Shown: in pieces, positions 51,947 through 64,000 of the stretch
Numbering within the stretch: position 1 is the stretch's first letter
Layout of the letters: each line of letters opens with the position of its first letter
Source: Vicugna vicugna
Lineage: Eukaryota
Direction: 5' to 3'
NCBI GenBank assembly: GCA_013265495.1
Contig: MU058687.1
Span: forward strand, 3,164,001-3,228,000
DNA: 64,000 nt
Program-made: the position numbers and the translations under genes
Notes under the pieces: generated by a model
The model's input: only the letters and a program-made list of their open reading frames with translations
The model's database searches: none
Told to the model about the DNA's origin: nothing

Positions 51947-54820
51947 CTAAAAGGAAGGTTAACAATGTTTACTTCAGTCATGGTAAGAAAACACTACTAC
52001 TTAAAATCTAAGTCCTTACAGATTCATATAACTATACCTTCAGAATTCTCGAAGTAATTGTCAAAAAAATCCACTAAGATTTAAGCAGGGCACATTTTTT
52101 TTTCAATGGAAATAAGTTATAAGTTATATTCAGATGAACAGCAAAGAAAAACAGAGGTAGAAGGACCGAGAACAATGTGTAACACTGATTTCTATTATTT
52201 GATTTTATGAAACAGATCCTAAAATGCCATAGTTGGAGAAGGTATAATTTCCTTTGTTTTAATGAAGAATATAAAAAATATAAGTCAACAGAGAGAAAGC
52301 CTACCCTGAAAATAGTACATTAGCATACAAATAATGAAAAGTAAATTCAGTTTTAGAATACAATACAATAATTTATAAATGTTTCACTGCTATATATTCT
52401 TAAAGCCATCCAGCCATCGCATTCCTAGTAATTATCAGCACTAGGCCCCTATGGAAACAAGCGGTTTATATTAGCCTTTGTTGTCAGTGGTAACACAAAT
52501 TAACCATGTACAAAAGTAAAAGGCTTACACAAGAGTGGTCCAGCACTGCATAAAAGTGGGAAAACAGGGAAATCTAACACAGGGGAAAAATTGATAGAGC
52601 GATCAGTAACAGTCAGGAAATCATTCTGTCCCCCTTCATCTTGACCTGATAACTATTTCCAAACATTGTAAGATTATCCCCCATTTCATCTTCAGGGATA
52701 ACCAAATTTTGATATACAAACACCAAGCTACTGTACTTCAGATCTCATAGCTGAAAGCTTTTTACTCTTTGGTCAATTTTAGTGGAAATCTTGTTCTACA
52801 GAAAAATTGCACTGAAGAACTTTGTGCCTTAAATTTAATCTTAACTTTGAAACAACCAACCGCAGAGAGGATGGTCAATCACAATTTACCAGGAATGTAT
52901 TTTCAATTGAGCACCATACTGAAGTTACAAATTTACTTCCAAAGGAATAAAAGAGCCTTTCTTGGCCTCTCAGGCAACCTGATCCAAGGGCTAAATATAT
53001 TTCAGAATACTGTATCCTGGTGATGTTAGTTTGGGGAAGGCTATTTGAATGTGACAAGTTAGAACAGTCTGGAAAGAAACTTGTATTTGACAAAGGAAAG
53101 ATATTTGGATAGGAATGATACTTGGAATCTGTTGGTACGGATTCAATCTGATGACCTAAGAAAGTCTGAAAACTATTCGTAAAACTGGCTCATGTCTTCA
53201 TTAACCTCTTCTCCAAAGTGGTGGAAGTCTGTGTTAATATTTCCTGCTTAAATTTTTATGCAGGAGCAAGATTGTTATGTATTTAGAACAGAATAGCTGA
53301 AAATGAGCCAATAGCTAGATAGAAACTTGTTTAAAAATTAACAATATAACATGTAAGCAAGCTATTAAGCTGGACAAAACAAAATCAAAAGCACTTAAAA
53401 CAAGAAAAATGACATTTGGATCATCTTTTCAAAAATATATCTCAAAATATTTTGCCATACGAACACCGTGTTTAATACCAGTGTCTAACTCTCCTTAACT
53501 CTGAAATTGTTTAAACTATTTTCTCTCAACTGAGCATACTAGTAAAAATGCAATTTCAGCACTCCCAAGTCTCTAACAAATGTGTGGCAGATTAATGTCA
53601 GGCATGCTGTGGGTGGATCTCTTTAAAAAGATATCTGCTTTAGTTCAGACACACCCAAAACAGCAGGACCAAGAAAATTCATACAGTTGGCTTAACTGTC
53701 TAGGAAGGAGGAAGTTAAATCACTGGTTTGCTATCAAATATTGTGTGATTCTACCACAGCCTCATTCAATTCAATTAAATACATTTTAAGGAACTGAGAT
53801 GCAACTATGAAGTAGCTTTTACAATGTGGCTTCAGTCAAAGCAGAGCTCACTGATCATCCGCAGGTCAGAATGGACAGGCCAACTGATATGCAAACTTCT
53901 GACAGGTGAAAAAGCCTTAGGACTCAGAGAAAAGAAAATTACTGGATCTTCAAGTACAGATGCTAATTTAATCTGGAACATGATTCAAATAAAAATAATG
54001 GTATTACCATCCAATATATGTATAATATTTCATGAAGGAAAGCACCATGCTTATTTCACTCACTGCACATCTAGCACTCAGGATAGTATTTATTAAGTGC
54101 TAACAAATAGGAAGTACTCAACAGTGCCCTTTTATTACAATTAGGATTACAGAAAGTGACACCTCATAGGAACTCAATAAATACTTGTTGAATGAATGAA
54201 AATGCACACTATGCTCTTTGCTGTCATAGAAGAGATTAAGTTACAGTAATTACACAATTAATATTAGGACATTCTAGAACCCAGATCTGACATCTTCTAG
54301 TTTCAACTGGATTGGAGATCAAGTTCACTCTAAACAAAACATGGGCTACAAACCCTTACAGCATATTTCATATTCTGGATTCATCGTGCAAGAGGGCTCT
54401 TAAGAGGCCTTTGAGTCATTCTAATTTGAGAATTTGTCAGCAAGGCAATCAAGAAAAATATTAGCAATCACTCCCTCCAGGTTAAAAAAAACAGGTATCA
54501 GTCTGTTCACATTAAGCAGACAAGAGTGTGACACTATGCCAGTATTATTAATCAAGGGAAATTTAAGAACTCCAAAGACCAAGATTGAACAGTAATATTT
54601 TTTTCCAGAAAATGAAAAAGAAAAAAAAGTTCAAAGGAAGAAAAAATTTTGAGTCAAGACTATAAGCACACACCATAAAACACATTACAGGACAAGGGGA
54701 GGGCAAACTAATAAGACATTTTGTTTAGACACCTTATAGGCTGTCAACCATATTTATTAAGTAGCTGAAAAGGCACTCTTAGCTAAAGCAAGATGGGAAA
54801 GTAAAATCCAAAGGTAAACC

Positions 54821-54960
54821 GGGGAGGAGGGTACAGCTCAAGTGGTAGAGTGCATGCTTAGCATGCACGAGGTCCTGGGTTCAATCCCCACTACCTCCAC
54901 TGAAAACCAAAAAAATAAACCTAACTACCACTCCCCTGCAAAAAAAAGACAAAAGATTTT
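54821..54960 (+). mobile_element. Camelid-type tRNA-derived SINE (vic-1-like)
   Basis: ggggaggagggtacagctcaagtggtagagtgcatgcttagcatgcacgaggtcctgggttcaatcccc; A-rich tail; probable TSD aaaggtaaac / aaagataaac. Confidence 0.9.
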
Positions 54961-56149
54961 AAAGATAAACTATAAATATAATATACATGCAATAAAATCA
55001 TCTGGAAGGACACACAAAAAAACTGGAGTGGCAAGTAGGATGGGGGAAGGAAGCACACCTCCTACTTAGACCCCTCTGAACCAATTTGATTTTTTATCTT
55101 TAACAAAGAATATATATTATTGAAATTTCTTTTTTTTTAATGTTTAAACTGAATTTGCTCACTGATTTTACTCACTGTTTGGACTAAAATAGTTAATAAA
55201 AGCAACATATGCCTCTCCTCCAAACCTCAGGTCATCTCACAGTATCTACACTCTCTCTAAAGGGTTCTCATCTACTTTTAGTTCTCAAATAGATGATACA
55301 TGCTGATGAGTACAAATCTACATTTCAATTTTATCCCAGAACTCTGTATTTTCATTTCTACCTTTTATATACTTCCACTTAGACATCCCAAACTCAGTTA
55401 GTCTAAAGCTGAATTTATCTCACCATCCTTACTCCTCCCTCAATAAACCTTATCTTCCTCCTGTATTAACTACCTGGGTAACATCATCACCACCCAGTCT
55501 AACCAGTCTCCCAAGCTGGGAGTCATCTTGAGCTCCATCTTATTTTCTGGCTTCATTCTAGAACGAGTAATGAATTTCTATGCCTTAGTTCAAAACCGTC
55601 TTGCGGGGCACCAGGGAATTTTAAGGAGGCTAGAAATGTTCTATACTTGGAAAGAAGTATTAGATACACACAGCATACACACAAGTAAAAAAGCATGGAG
55701 CTATACACTCAGCACATTTTATGTACTTAACTGAATGTATGTTACTCAATTAGAAACAAAAAACAAAAACAAAAAAACACCTCAATGCCTTCATGGATCC
55801 ACTGCAACATCCTCCATCCCATCTGGTCTCCCTTATACGAAGACCCTCCCCACACTCCAATTATTCTTCCAGTCACATCAAACTTCTTGCTATAAACTTT
55901 CCAACATTTATCCTCCTCTAGGAGTGAAAAGGCTTCTAATGGTGATAAGTCAGTAAATAATGTCCAGTACAGAAAAGTCAAGAAGCAGCAGTATAAGCAT
56001 GTTAGTGAGAAGTATGGAAGCAAACACCAAAAGAATCTGCTAAAATAGAAAGTAGTGCTTCTGAAGACGGAGAAAAGGGATAGAAGGGAGCAGGAGATTG
56101 GTGTGTATTTCATAACAAGCCTGGTGGAATATCTGATGAAAGCCACGTG

Positions 56150-57161
56150 CTACAGGTAAGAGGGTGTTGGAAATTCTTAGATCCTACAGGACTGGACCAT
56201 AGACCTATTTGGCTAGGAACATGAGCTATCTTCAAGACAAGGAAAGACTAACTCCAAAGGTGATTCAGAGTTCATGAGGGTTCCCACTTCAGTTTCAAAT
56301 GCGGTGGGGGAAGGGGGAACCATTACCTCAGATTCAATAGGTAAGAGGAGCCTCAGGGCAGCAGCCTGAAGCATAAGAGGTGGGAAGAAGCAACTCCTGC
56401 CCCAGTGGGTCCAGAGAGCAGAACACCAAACCAAAGAAGATTATTCTTGATCCTTAAAGTTCTCATGGAATCTGCCTTGCCAAATTTTGGACTTGGTTGG
56501 GACTCATCACCCCCTTTTCCTTCTGATTTCTCCCTTTAGGAATGGAAATGTCTTTCCTCTGCCTGTTCCACCATTATATTTTAAAAGCACATAACTTATA
56601 TGGTTTCACAGGTTCCAGCTGGAGAGGAATTCTGTCTCAGCGAGTTTCACTCGTATCAGATTTAGAAGATATTTAGATAAGATTTTGAACTTTAGACTTG
56701 AGAGTTGATACTGAAATGAGTTAAGACTTTGGGGGCTGTTGGGTGAAATGAACATAGTTTGCATGCAAGGACATGATTTGGGGGAGGGCCACAGGCACAA
56801 TATTATAGACTGTGTGTGTCTCTGCCCCGACTCATATGCTGAAGCTCCAAACCCCACTGTGAGGGTATCTGGAGGTTGGGCTTTGGGAGGTAATTAGGTT
56901 TAGGTCATGAGGGTGGAACCCTCTTAATGTGATCAATGCCCTTATAAGAAGAGAAGGCAGAGATCTCCACTGAGGAAAGGCCATGTGAGCACACTAGAGA
57001 AAGCCGCCGTCTACAAGCCAGGAAGAGGATCCTCACCAAGAACTGAACCTGTCAGCACCTTGATCTTGGACTTCCCAGCCTCCAGAAGAGTGAGAAATAA
57101 ATGCCTGCTGTTTAAGCCACCCTATCTATGGCACTTTGTTACAGCAGCCTGCACTGAGACA
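56150..57161 (+). mobile_element. MaLR element: 3' internal segment + MLT1A/B-like 3' LTR (LTR about 56801-57161)
   Basis: Purine-rich tract ttgggggagggcc before the LTR; LTR with gctttgggaggtaattagg, accttgatcttggacttcccagcctccagaa..tgagaaataaat...gttacagcagcc. Confidence 0.85.
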
Positions 57162-58534
57162 GAGGTAAAGGGACATAATGCATACAACCTACTTTCAACT
57201 GTTTCAGGAAAACTAAGTGTGAGTGTGTGTGTGTGTAGACAGAGAATAATGGGGAATTTTCTTCATGAACCATTTGTGAGCCAGTTGCAGTTATAAAGTA
57301 CCTTTATCTTTTAATACTTCAGTGTGTATTTCTAAAAACAAAGACATTCTCTTGACTACAGAACAATTATCAAAGTCAGGACATTGCTAGCATACTAGTA
57401 TCTAGTCTATAGACTTTATTTAGATTTCACTAACTGTCTTAACATTGCCCTTTATAGCAAAAGAAAGTCCTGGATCATGAGTTACATTCTGTCTCTTTAG
57501 TTTCAGAAAAGTAAGTTTTCATTACACCGTAAAATGACTTAGAAGAATGATCTGAGCAGAGGTTTCAGGAATCCCATGAAAGGACACTAAGCAACTATGT
57601 AATGGTGCAAAAATGGGGAAGCACTTGTTGGAAAAAAGAGGCTTACATTTCTGATATGAATTCAAAATCACATAAGTATGAGTTTTTTAAAGCAAATAAA
57701 CACATTTTTTGGTTTTATTGAACGTGACAGTAGGATGACTGAACCTGCCTTATCACCACAGAACCTCCCCACCTGGTAAGACAGCTGGGGACAGCATTAA
57801 AAAATTAATGTCCAATATGAACCACCCATTATGCTTCAGCAATCAAAGGATTGTTATGCCTTTTCCTTTAAATGAACCCTATTCATTTCCAGCCTTATGC
57901 TGTGCTGTTCCTTAAAATCAGTTCTGCTGAAATGGTCTTTTCTTGGAATGTTACTGAAATGTACTAGCTTCTCCCTCCTGCATACCACACATACTAGAGA
58001 AAACAGTTTGCAGCTTTAAGCCCATAACACAAGCTATGTCACACTCTGAACATATTTCCAGAAGTGTCCTCTTTTGTTGGCAGGCAAATTTTGAAAAGTA
58101 GGGAGTTCACATTTTTTTTCTTGCAATCACGATAAATTCCCTAATTTTTGTTGACAAGTATCTCATAAGAATGGACTGAAAAGTGCTTCCAAAGCTAGCT
58201 GTAAAACAGACCTATATTTTGATGTTACTATATCCCTACTGAAAAACTCAAAAATGCAGACCTCCAAGTATACATGCACTGGAAGACTTCAGTCAGTGGC
58301 ACCCTGTGCACTCTGGGCAGTGATGTTCTGCACAGGAGTTACTGCTCTCACTTGCCACCACATCTCTGGAGCACTTTCCTGTCTCTTGATAAGCATCACG
58401 GTATGACAGACGGATGTCAGTCAGGAGATCTGAGTACAAGTGCAGCTCTGCCACAAATTCTACATCTTCACCTGAGCCCTCTTCCACCTCTAACATGGTC
58501 TGGGCCTGTAACACCATGCCCTTCACTCTGGGTT

Positions 58535-58915
58535 TGTAGTGCAACTTGGTTCATGTTAATTTTCCTTCTCTGGGAGTACTCCCTGATACATACGGGCGGA
58601 CCCCTGGTAATCATTTCTGTGCAAAATGACCGATTTCCTGGATCACAGGGGTAGGCACCTGGGCCAAAATGAACCCAACAACACTTTCTCATGAGAATTT
58701 AAAATTTCAATGGGGAGGAGTCCATAGGTCACTGGACCCCAGCGAAAGGTCCATAAACTCCTGTTACTGAGGTCTCAAGTGCTGTGTTGTTTCCTGTCCT
58801 TTTTGTCTTTTCTAAGTTGTTCATCAATTCCTTCCCACTCTTTTCTTGGCAATAAGTCACATTTTGGTTTAGCTAGAGTCAGTTGCTATCAACTGAAAGA
58901 AATTCAACAGATACA
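58535..58915 (+). mobile_element. Old ERVL-type LTR (LTR16-like)
   Basis: ggcacctgggccaaaatgaacccaa..., 3' end tttagctagagtcagttgctatcaactgaaagaaattcaacagataca. Confidence 0.45.
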
Positions 58916-59499
58916 GATTCTATGTTAAAGTCTCTTAGAACTTCTTTTCTGTACTTACTGAATTCACATGTTGGCATGGCCTGCAAACATTTAGGGCTTT
59001 AGCAGATTTTCAAAAATGACTCCCAACTTTGTCAATTTTGTGCATTTGGAATATTGTTTACTATCTTACTTCAGATAAGGGATATCTTGTTCAAAATTAT
59101 AAGTAGGTACTTCTGTATATTAAGAGACATCAGATTCTAACTGCCTACTATAACTAACCTCTTCCCAGGTTCTCATTAATATCTAGGTAGACCAAAAAAA
59201 AAAAAAAAGCCAGGACTAGTATTTTAAAAAAGGGCAACAGAATACCACAAATAAAAATTCAGACAGTGTTTGTCTGCTAATAAGTTCGTCTAACTAGAGA
59301 ACATGCTCATCATCATTAAACAAGACTCCTTCATGCTTTCATGTAGAAAAATCACAAACCAAAAGGGAAGTAATAGATTATTTAATACAAGATTTTAAGA
59401 AAATTAATTGTTCAAAAGAAAAAAAAAACCTCTAGTTAGAGCTTTTCCTCATACCATACTGAAGAGACAGCTAACTGGTCCCCTGTAAACATTCTCTTT

Positions 59500-59875
59500 T
59501 ATGTCCCTATAGTAACAGACTCTCAGTTTTAGCCAGGTTCATGGCTACCCAGCTAGAGTCCACATTTCCCAATCTCTCTTGCAGCTAGAGGTAGCCACAT
59601 GAGGAAATTCTGGCCAAAAGAAGTGAACAGAAACAATGGGTACCAGGGCTGGATTACATCCTTTCTCTTCACTTCTCTTTCCCTCAGCCTGTGGCCTAGA
59701 ATGTAGATGTGGTGGAAGATGCCAACTAAAGACAACATCCTCAAAGACTGCAGGACAGCGAAGAAGATGCCTTGTAACCTTCCTACCCAGGACTACCTAT
59801 CCATGTCCAGACTTCACAAAGAAAAATCATTTCTATTTTGTTTGAACTACCTTATTTAAATGTCATATTTATAAC
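59500..59875 (+). mobile_element. MaLR LTR (MLT1J-like)
   Basis: catttcccaatctctcttgcagctagaggtagccacatgaggaaattctggccaa. Confidence 0.65.
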
Positions 59876-59904
59876 AACAAAACCAAAAAATTAAAAAACA
59901 AAAT

Positions 59905-60680
59905 TCAGATAAATGCTGGAGAAGGTGTGGAGAAAAGGGAACCCTTCTACACTGCTGGTAGGAATGTAGTTTGTGCAGCCATTATGAAAAACAGTATGGA
60001 GATTCCTCAAAAAACTAAAAATGATCCAGCAATCCCACTCCTGGGCATACATCTGGGGGGAACTCTAATTTGAAATGATTCATGCACCCCAATGTTCACA
60101 GCAACACTATATACAATAGCCAAGACATGGAAGCAACCTAAACGTCCATCGACAGATGACTAAATAAAGAAGCTGTGGTATATTTATACAGTGGAATACT
60201 ACTCGGCCATAAAAAAGAATAAAATAATGCCACTTGCAGCAACATGGATGGACCTGCAAATCATCATTCTAAGTGAAGCAAGCAAGAAAGAGAGAAAAAA
60301 AAGTACCATATGATATTACTTATGTGTGGAATCATTAAAAAAAAAAGAGAGAGAAAAAAGAGGGCACTAATGAACTCATCTACAAAACAGAAACAGACTT
60401 GCAGACACAGTAAACAATTGTATGGTTACCAGGGGAAAGGGAGTGGGAAGGGATAAATTTGGGAGTTCGAGATTTGTAAATGTTAACCACTATATATAAA
60501 AATAGATTAAAAAAACAAATTTCTTCTGTATAGCACAGGGAACTATATTCAATATCTTGTAATAAATGTTAATGAAAAACTATATGAAAATAAGTATGTA
60601 TATATATGCATGACTGGGACATTATGCTGTATACTAGAAATTGACACATTGTAACCATTAATATTTCAATTAAAAAAAAA
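59905..60680 (+). mobile_element. Relatively young LINE-1, 5'-truncated (ORF2 end + 3'UTR + A-tail)
   Basis: aaatgctggagaaggtgtggagaaaagggaaccc...tgcaccccaatgttcacagc...gacacattgtaac...ttcaattaaaaaaaaa. Confidence 0.93.
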
Positions 60681-62849
60681 TTGAGACTTCTGCTTCCAAG
60701 CTGGAGTTAATAGGTAGAGGCAAGCAATCATTTTCCCAGAAAAACTAGATAAAACTACATAGATTACTCAAAACAAGAAATAGTTTTAAAGACATTGGAA
60801 AATTGTCTTCTGTGTAAAGAGGACAAGATGAACTAAAATCCAGAGAAGGAAGAACCTTTCCTTAGTGAGATGAAATTGCTTGTCATTTTCTCTCCTCATA
60901 GTATTGCAGTTTGAGCATAACTGGACTTGCCACAGACAGAAGAACTTTACAAAAGAAAGAAAAAACAGCAGAGTTTATAACAGCTGTATATGTTGGTGTG
61001 AAGAGGTCCAGATACGTGGCCAGTTTTCTGCAAAGGACCAAGTGCTGGAGAAACTGGGGAGATGGACTAAAATGGTGACATGAAATCAACTACAATCTTA
61101 CAATGCTTAGAGGTAAAGTCATATTAGAGGGAAGGGCCTGCAACAAACACACAGTGGATCCCAGCCTTGAGACAGTGTACTCACTAGAGTGGACTGAATA
61201 TATCTAAAACCTCCGCACAGCCCCACCCAGCTCAATCCCTGGTTGGATGGAGGTGCTCGGGCCCTCTCCATATCCTGAGAGAGCAAAAGGCAAAAACAAC
61301 ACTGACTTTAGTCTCTGCAGGTCCTTCTTACATAACATCCAGCAATCAATCAAAAACTTCTGCTTTCCCAGGAGGCTGGCAGAGGATATGAGCATGACTG
61401 AAAGAGAGAAGGCACAGCACACAGTAAGTAGTCTACATTGTTGCCTTGTATTTCAGTACTTCCAGCTTTGGGAAATCTCTCACACCTTGATACCTCTCTT
61501 TAATTTCATGTCCCCAGAAATGGATTCCTCCTGTGTAGTTTTTTTTAACATTTCTAAAACCGCAAAAATATTTTTCAGACATCAAAGATTCTCCCGAGAA
61601 CCCAGAACCCCCTTTCTACCAAGGAGCTCAAAATCATCATAATCATCTCATCCTTTTCACTAATTCAACAAATATTTCATTTCTATCTATATGTCAAAAA
61701 ATGTACATTGTATTTGGTAATACAGATAAGAGATATTCCTTCAGATCTTTAAGAATTCTGCAAGGTTATTATTATTTTTTTTTAGAGAAAAAGGATGCAA
61801 AGATCAACATGAGTTTTGCAATAAAAGAGAACAAGGAAACTATTTTAAAGGATACTGTGTAAAGGGACTTATCTATAAACATGCAGGATGAAAACTGTAC
61901 AGAGATGCACTTCTATTACAAGTGATTCTCAAGTTGTCTCACTTTTCTTCTTCACATGACTAGTGACAAAACTAAGGAAAGGAAAGTAAGCAATCAGTCC
62001 GGTTACAAGAAAATTAAATTCAAAGTTGGGACTAGAATCCAAGTCTCTACATTTTCCATTTATTGCCATTTCTTAGTCATCTTCCTGAGATTTTCTATGA
62101 ATCAAATTTTCCTTAAATTATTTCAGATACTACAACTTAATCTGATTGTTTTACAATTATCAGTGGCTTAAAAGTAGAATTTCACTTTCAACTCAACCTT
62201 AGTGCTCATTTTTGCTGTTCACATAATTAGTTATTTTTGCTATTCATATTATCAGCCATACACGGATTGAGATAAATTGTTCTGAGTTTCATTTTCCCTT
62301 CTAGGAAAATGTCTGTTTTAAGGAAACCAGAACTAAACTGCTGTACTGGAAATAACCAGCTTCCTTTGTCTACACACAAGCCAAGTTTGTACAGGAAGTG
62401 ATAAAGATATTACCCTTCAGTATGTACAGCAGAGGTCTTCAACAGGTAGTTCTATTACAGTTTAATCAGTGACCACAGACCAGGGCTCTCAGTCATCTTC
62501 CGGGCATTTCAAATCAAGACAAGAAAGGGAGGCATGGCTGGAAGTCAATGCTGACAGGTTTCCCTTCCCTTGACGTACCAGCAAGTGTCTCACACCTTAA
62601 ACCTCATCGAGTAGTAATAAAGACTATGAGACTGTGTTGCATGTTTCAAGGATAAATACTAATTTATTAAACTTTTGTTTCAGTTATACATGTCTGTACA
62701 TATAAAATATATAAAGTGCATAAAACATTATGTATGCATTGGGTTGATATAAAAATGTTATTTCTTAGTGTAGGCTGGAACAAAAAGGTTTGAAAACCTC
62801 TGCTATGGTATAGACCTAAATACAGACTTACATTATAAACATGTTTATT

Positions 62850-64000
62850 TCAACTTTCTAGAAATCGCCACAATTGTATCAATTTATATAAAGAGCATCT
62901 GTATACAAGTTCACACTGGTACATAACATTGTCAACACTTAATATTGTCATATTTTAAAAGCTTTCAACATGGTAAAGATGAAAATAGTGTCTGTTTTAA
63001 TGTGCAATAATTTGAGGACTAGTGAGAATGAGCACATTCTTATCTTTATTTTCCAGTCAAGTTTCTTTATCTATGAATTGCCAGTTCCTACCTCTAGCCC
63101 ATTTTTCTACGGAACTGCATGCTTGTTTCTCATTAATTTGCAGGGCTTTACAGTCTGGCTAGTAATCCTTTATTGGTGACATGTGACAAATATCTCCTCA
63201 GTCCCTGGCTTGTTTTTTCACTTTTGGTGTCGCTTTGTTTGTAGTATCATACTCTGCAGAGGCCTTCTGTTTTTTAAATAACAGCTTTTTGAGATATAAT
63301 TAACAACTTACCATTAAACTCATCCTTTTCAAGTGTACAATTCAGTGGTTTTTATTATATTCATAGAGCAATACAAGCACCACCATAACTTAATTTTAGA
63401 ACATTTTCATCAGCCCAAAAAGAAACTCTAATTAGAAGTCACTCCCTAATGCCCTCTTCCCCTAGCCCCTGGCAAACTTCTAGTCTACTTTCTGTCTCTA
63501 TGAATTTACCTCTCCCGGACATTTCATATAAATGGAATCATACAGTATGGGGCCTTTTATGTCTGGCTTTTTACACTAAGCATAATGTTTCTATCACTTA
63601 TGTTGTAGCATGTTATCAGTATTCATTTCTTTTTATTGCTGAATAATATTCCACTCTATGGATATACTGTATTTTGTTTATCCATTCATCAGATGGCAGA
63701 TGTATGGATTGTTTCCATTTTGGCTATTATGAATAATGCAGCTATGAACACTGATGTACAAGTTTTTGTGTCTACATGTTTCATTTCTCTAGACAGCAGA
63801 ATTGTTGGGTCATATGATAACTCTGTTTAACATTTTAGGAACTGTTTTCCAAAGTGGTTGTATCATTTCATGATCCCACTAGCAATGTACAAGGGTTCCA
63901 ATTTCTCCATATCATCACCAACACTTTTTATTTTACCTATCCTAGTGGATGTGAAGTAGTATCTCATTGTGTTCTGATTTACATTTCCCAAATGATTCAT
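62850..64000 (-). mobile_element. Old L1 fragments (L1MB-like 3' end from about 63285), running off the window edge
   Basis: tgagatataatt...aagtgtacaattcagtgg...gacatttcatataaatggaatcatacag...ccactagcaatgtacaagggttccaatttctcc. Confidence 0.88.

Noticed and set aside
54821..54900. tRNA-like sequence with A and B boxes (also 13685, 38054)
   Set aside because: SINE heads with A-rich tails; no proper acceptor stem.

Overview
Mammalian (eukaryotic) genomic DNA. The tRNA-derived SINE type suggests a camelid (alpaca/camel). The whole window lies inside SPTLC2 (serine palmitoyltransferase long chain base subunit 2) on the minus strand. Eight internal coding exons are present (exons 2-9; 195/155/149/125/94/106/220/127 nt, all GT-AG, frame continuous), including the PLP-binding GTFTKSF motif. 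Exon 1 lies beyond the right edge and exon 10 onward beyond the left edge. The rest is intron with L1, L2, MIR, MaLR/ERV LTRs, an ERV1 internal segment, DNA-transposon MITEs, three camelid-type SINEs and one 285-N assembly gap. Nearly all ORFs in the supplied track are non-coding noise. I found no novel multi-gene system. The most interesting observations are: (1) a cryptic L2-derived exon in mid-intron 9 that is in frame with exon 9, has an early stop and starts with an AG|GT recursive-splice-like junction; (2) a 79-bp inverted templated insertion with a 42-bp target duplication in intron 2; (3) a 52-bp L1 micro-insertion polyadenylated at an internal AATAAA; (4) a strong CTCF motif and a CRE/E-box/AP-1 cluster; (5) a few non-conservative amino-acid changes near the PLP site. 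Repeat family names and human comparisons come from recalled consensus sequences, not database searches. Boundaries of old repeats are approximate.
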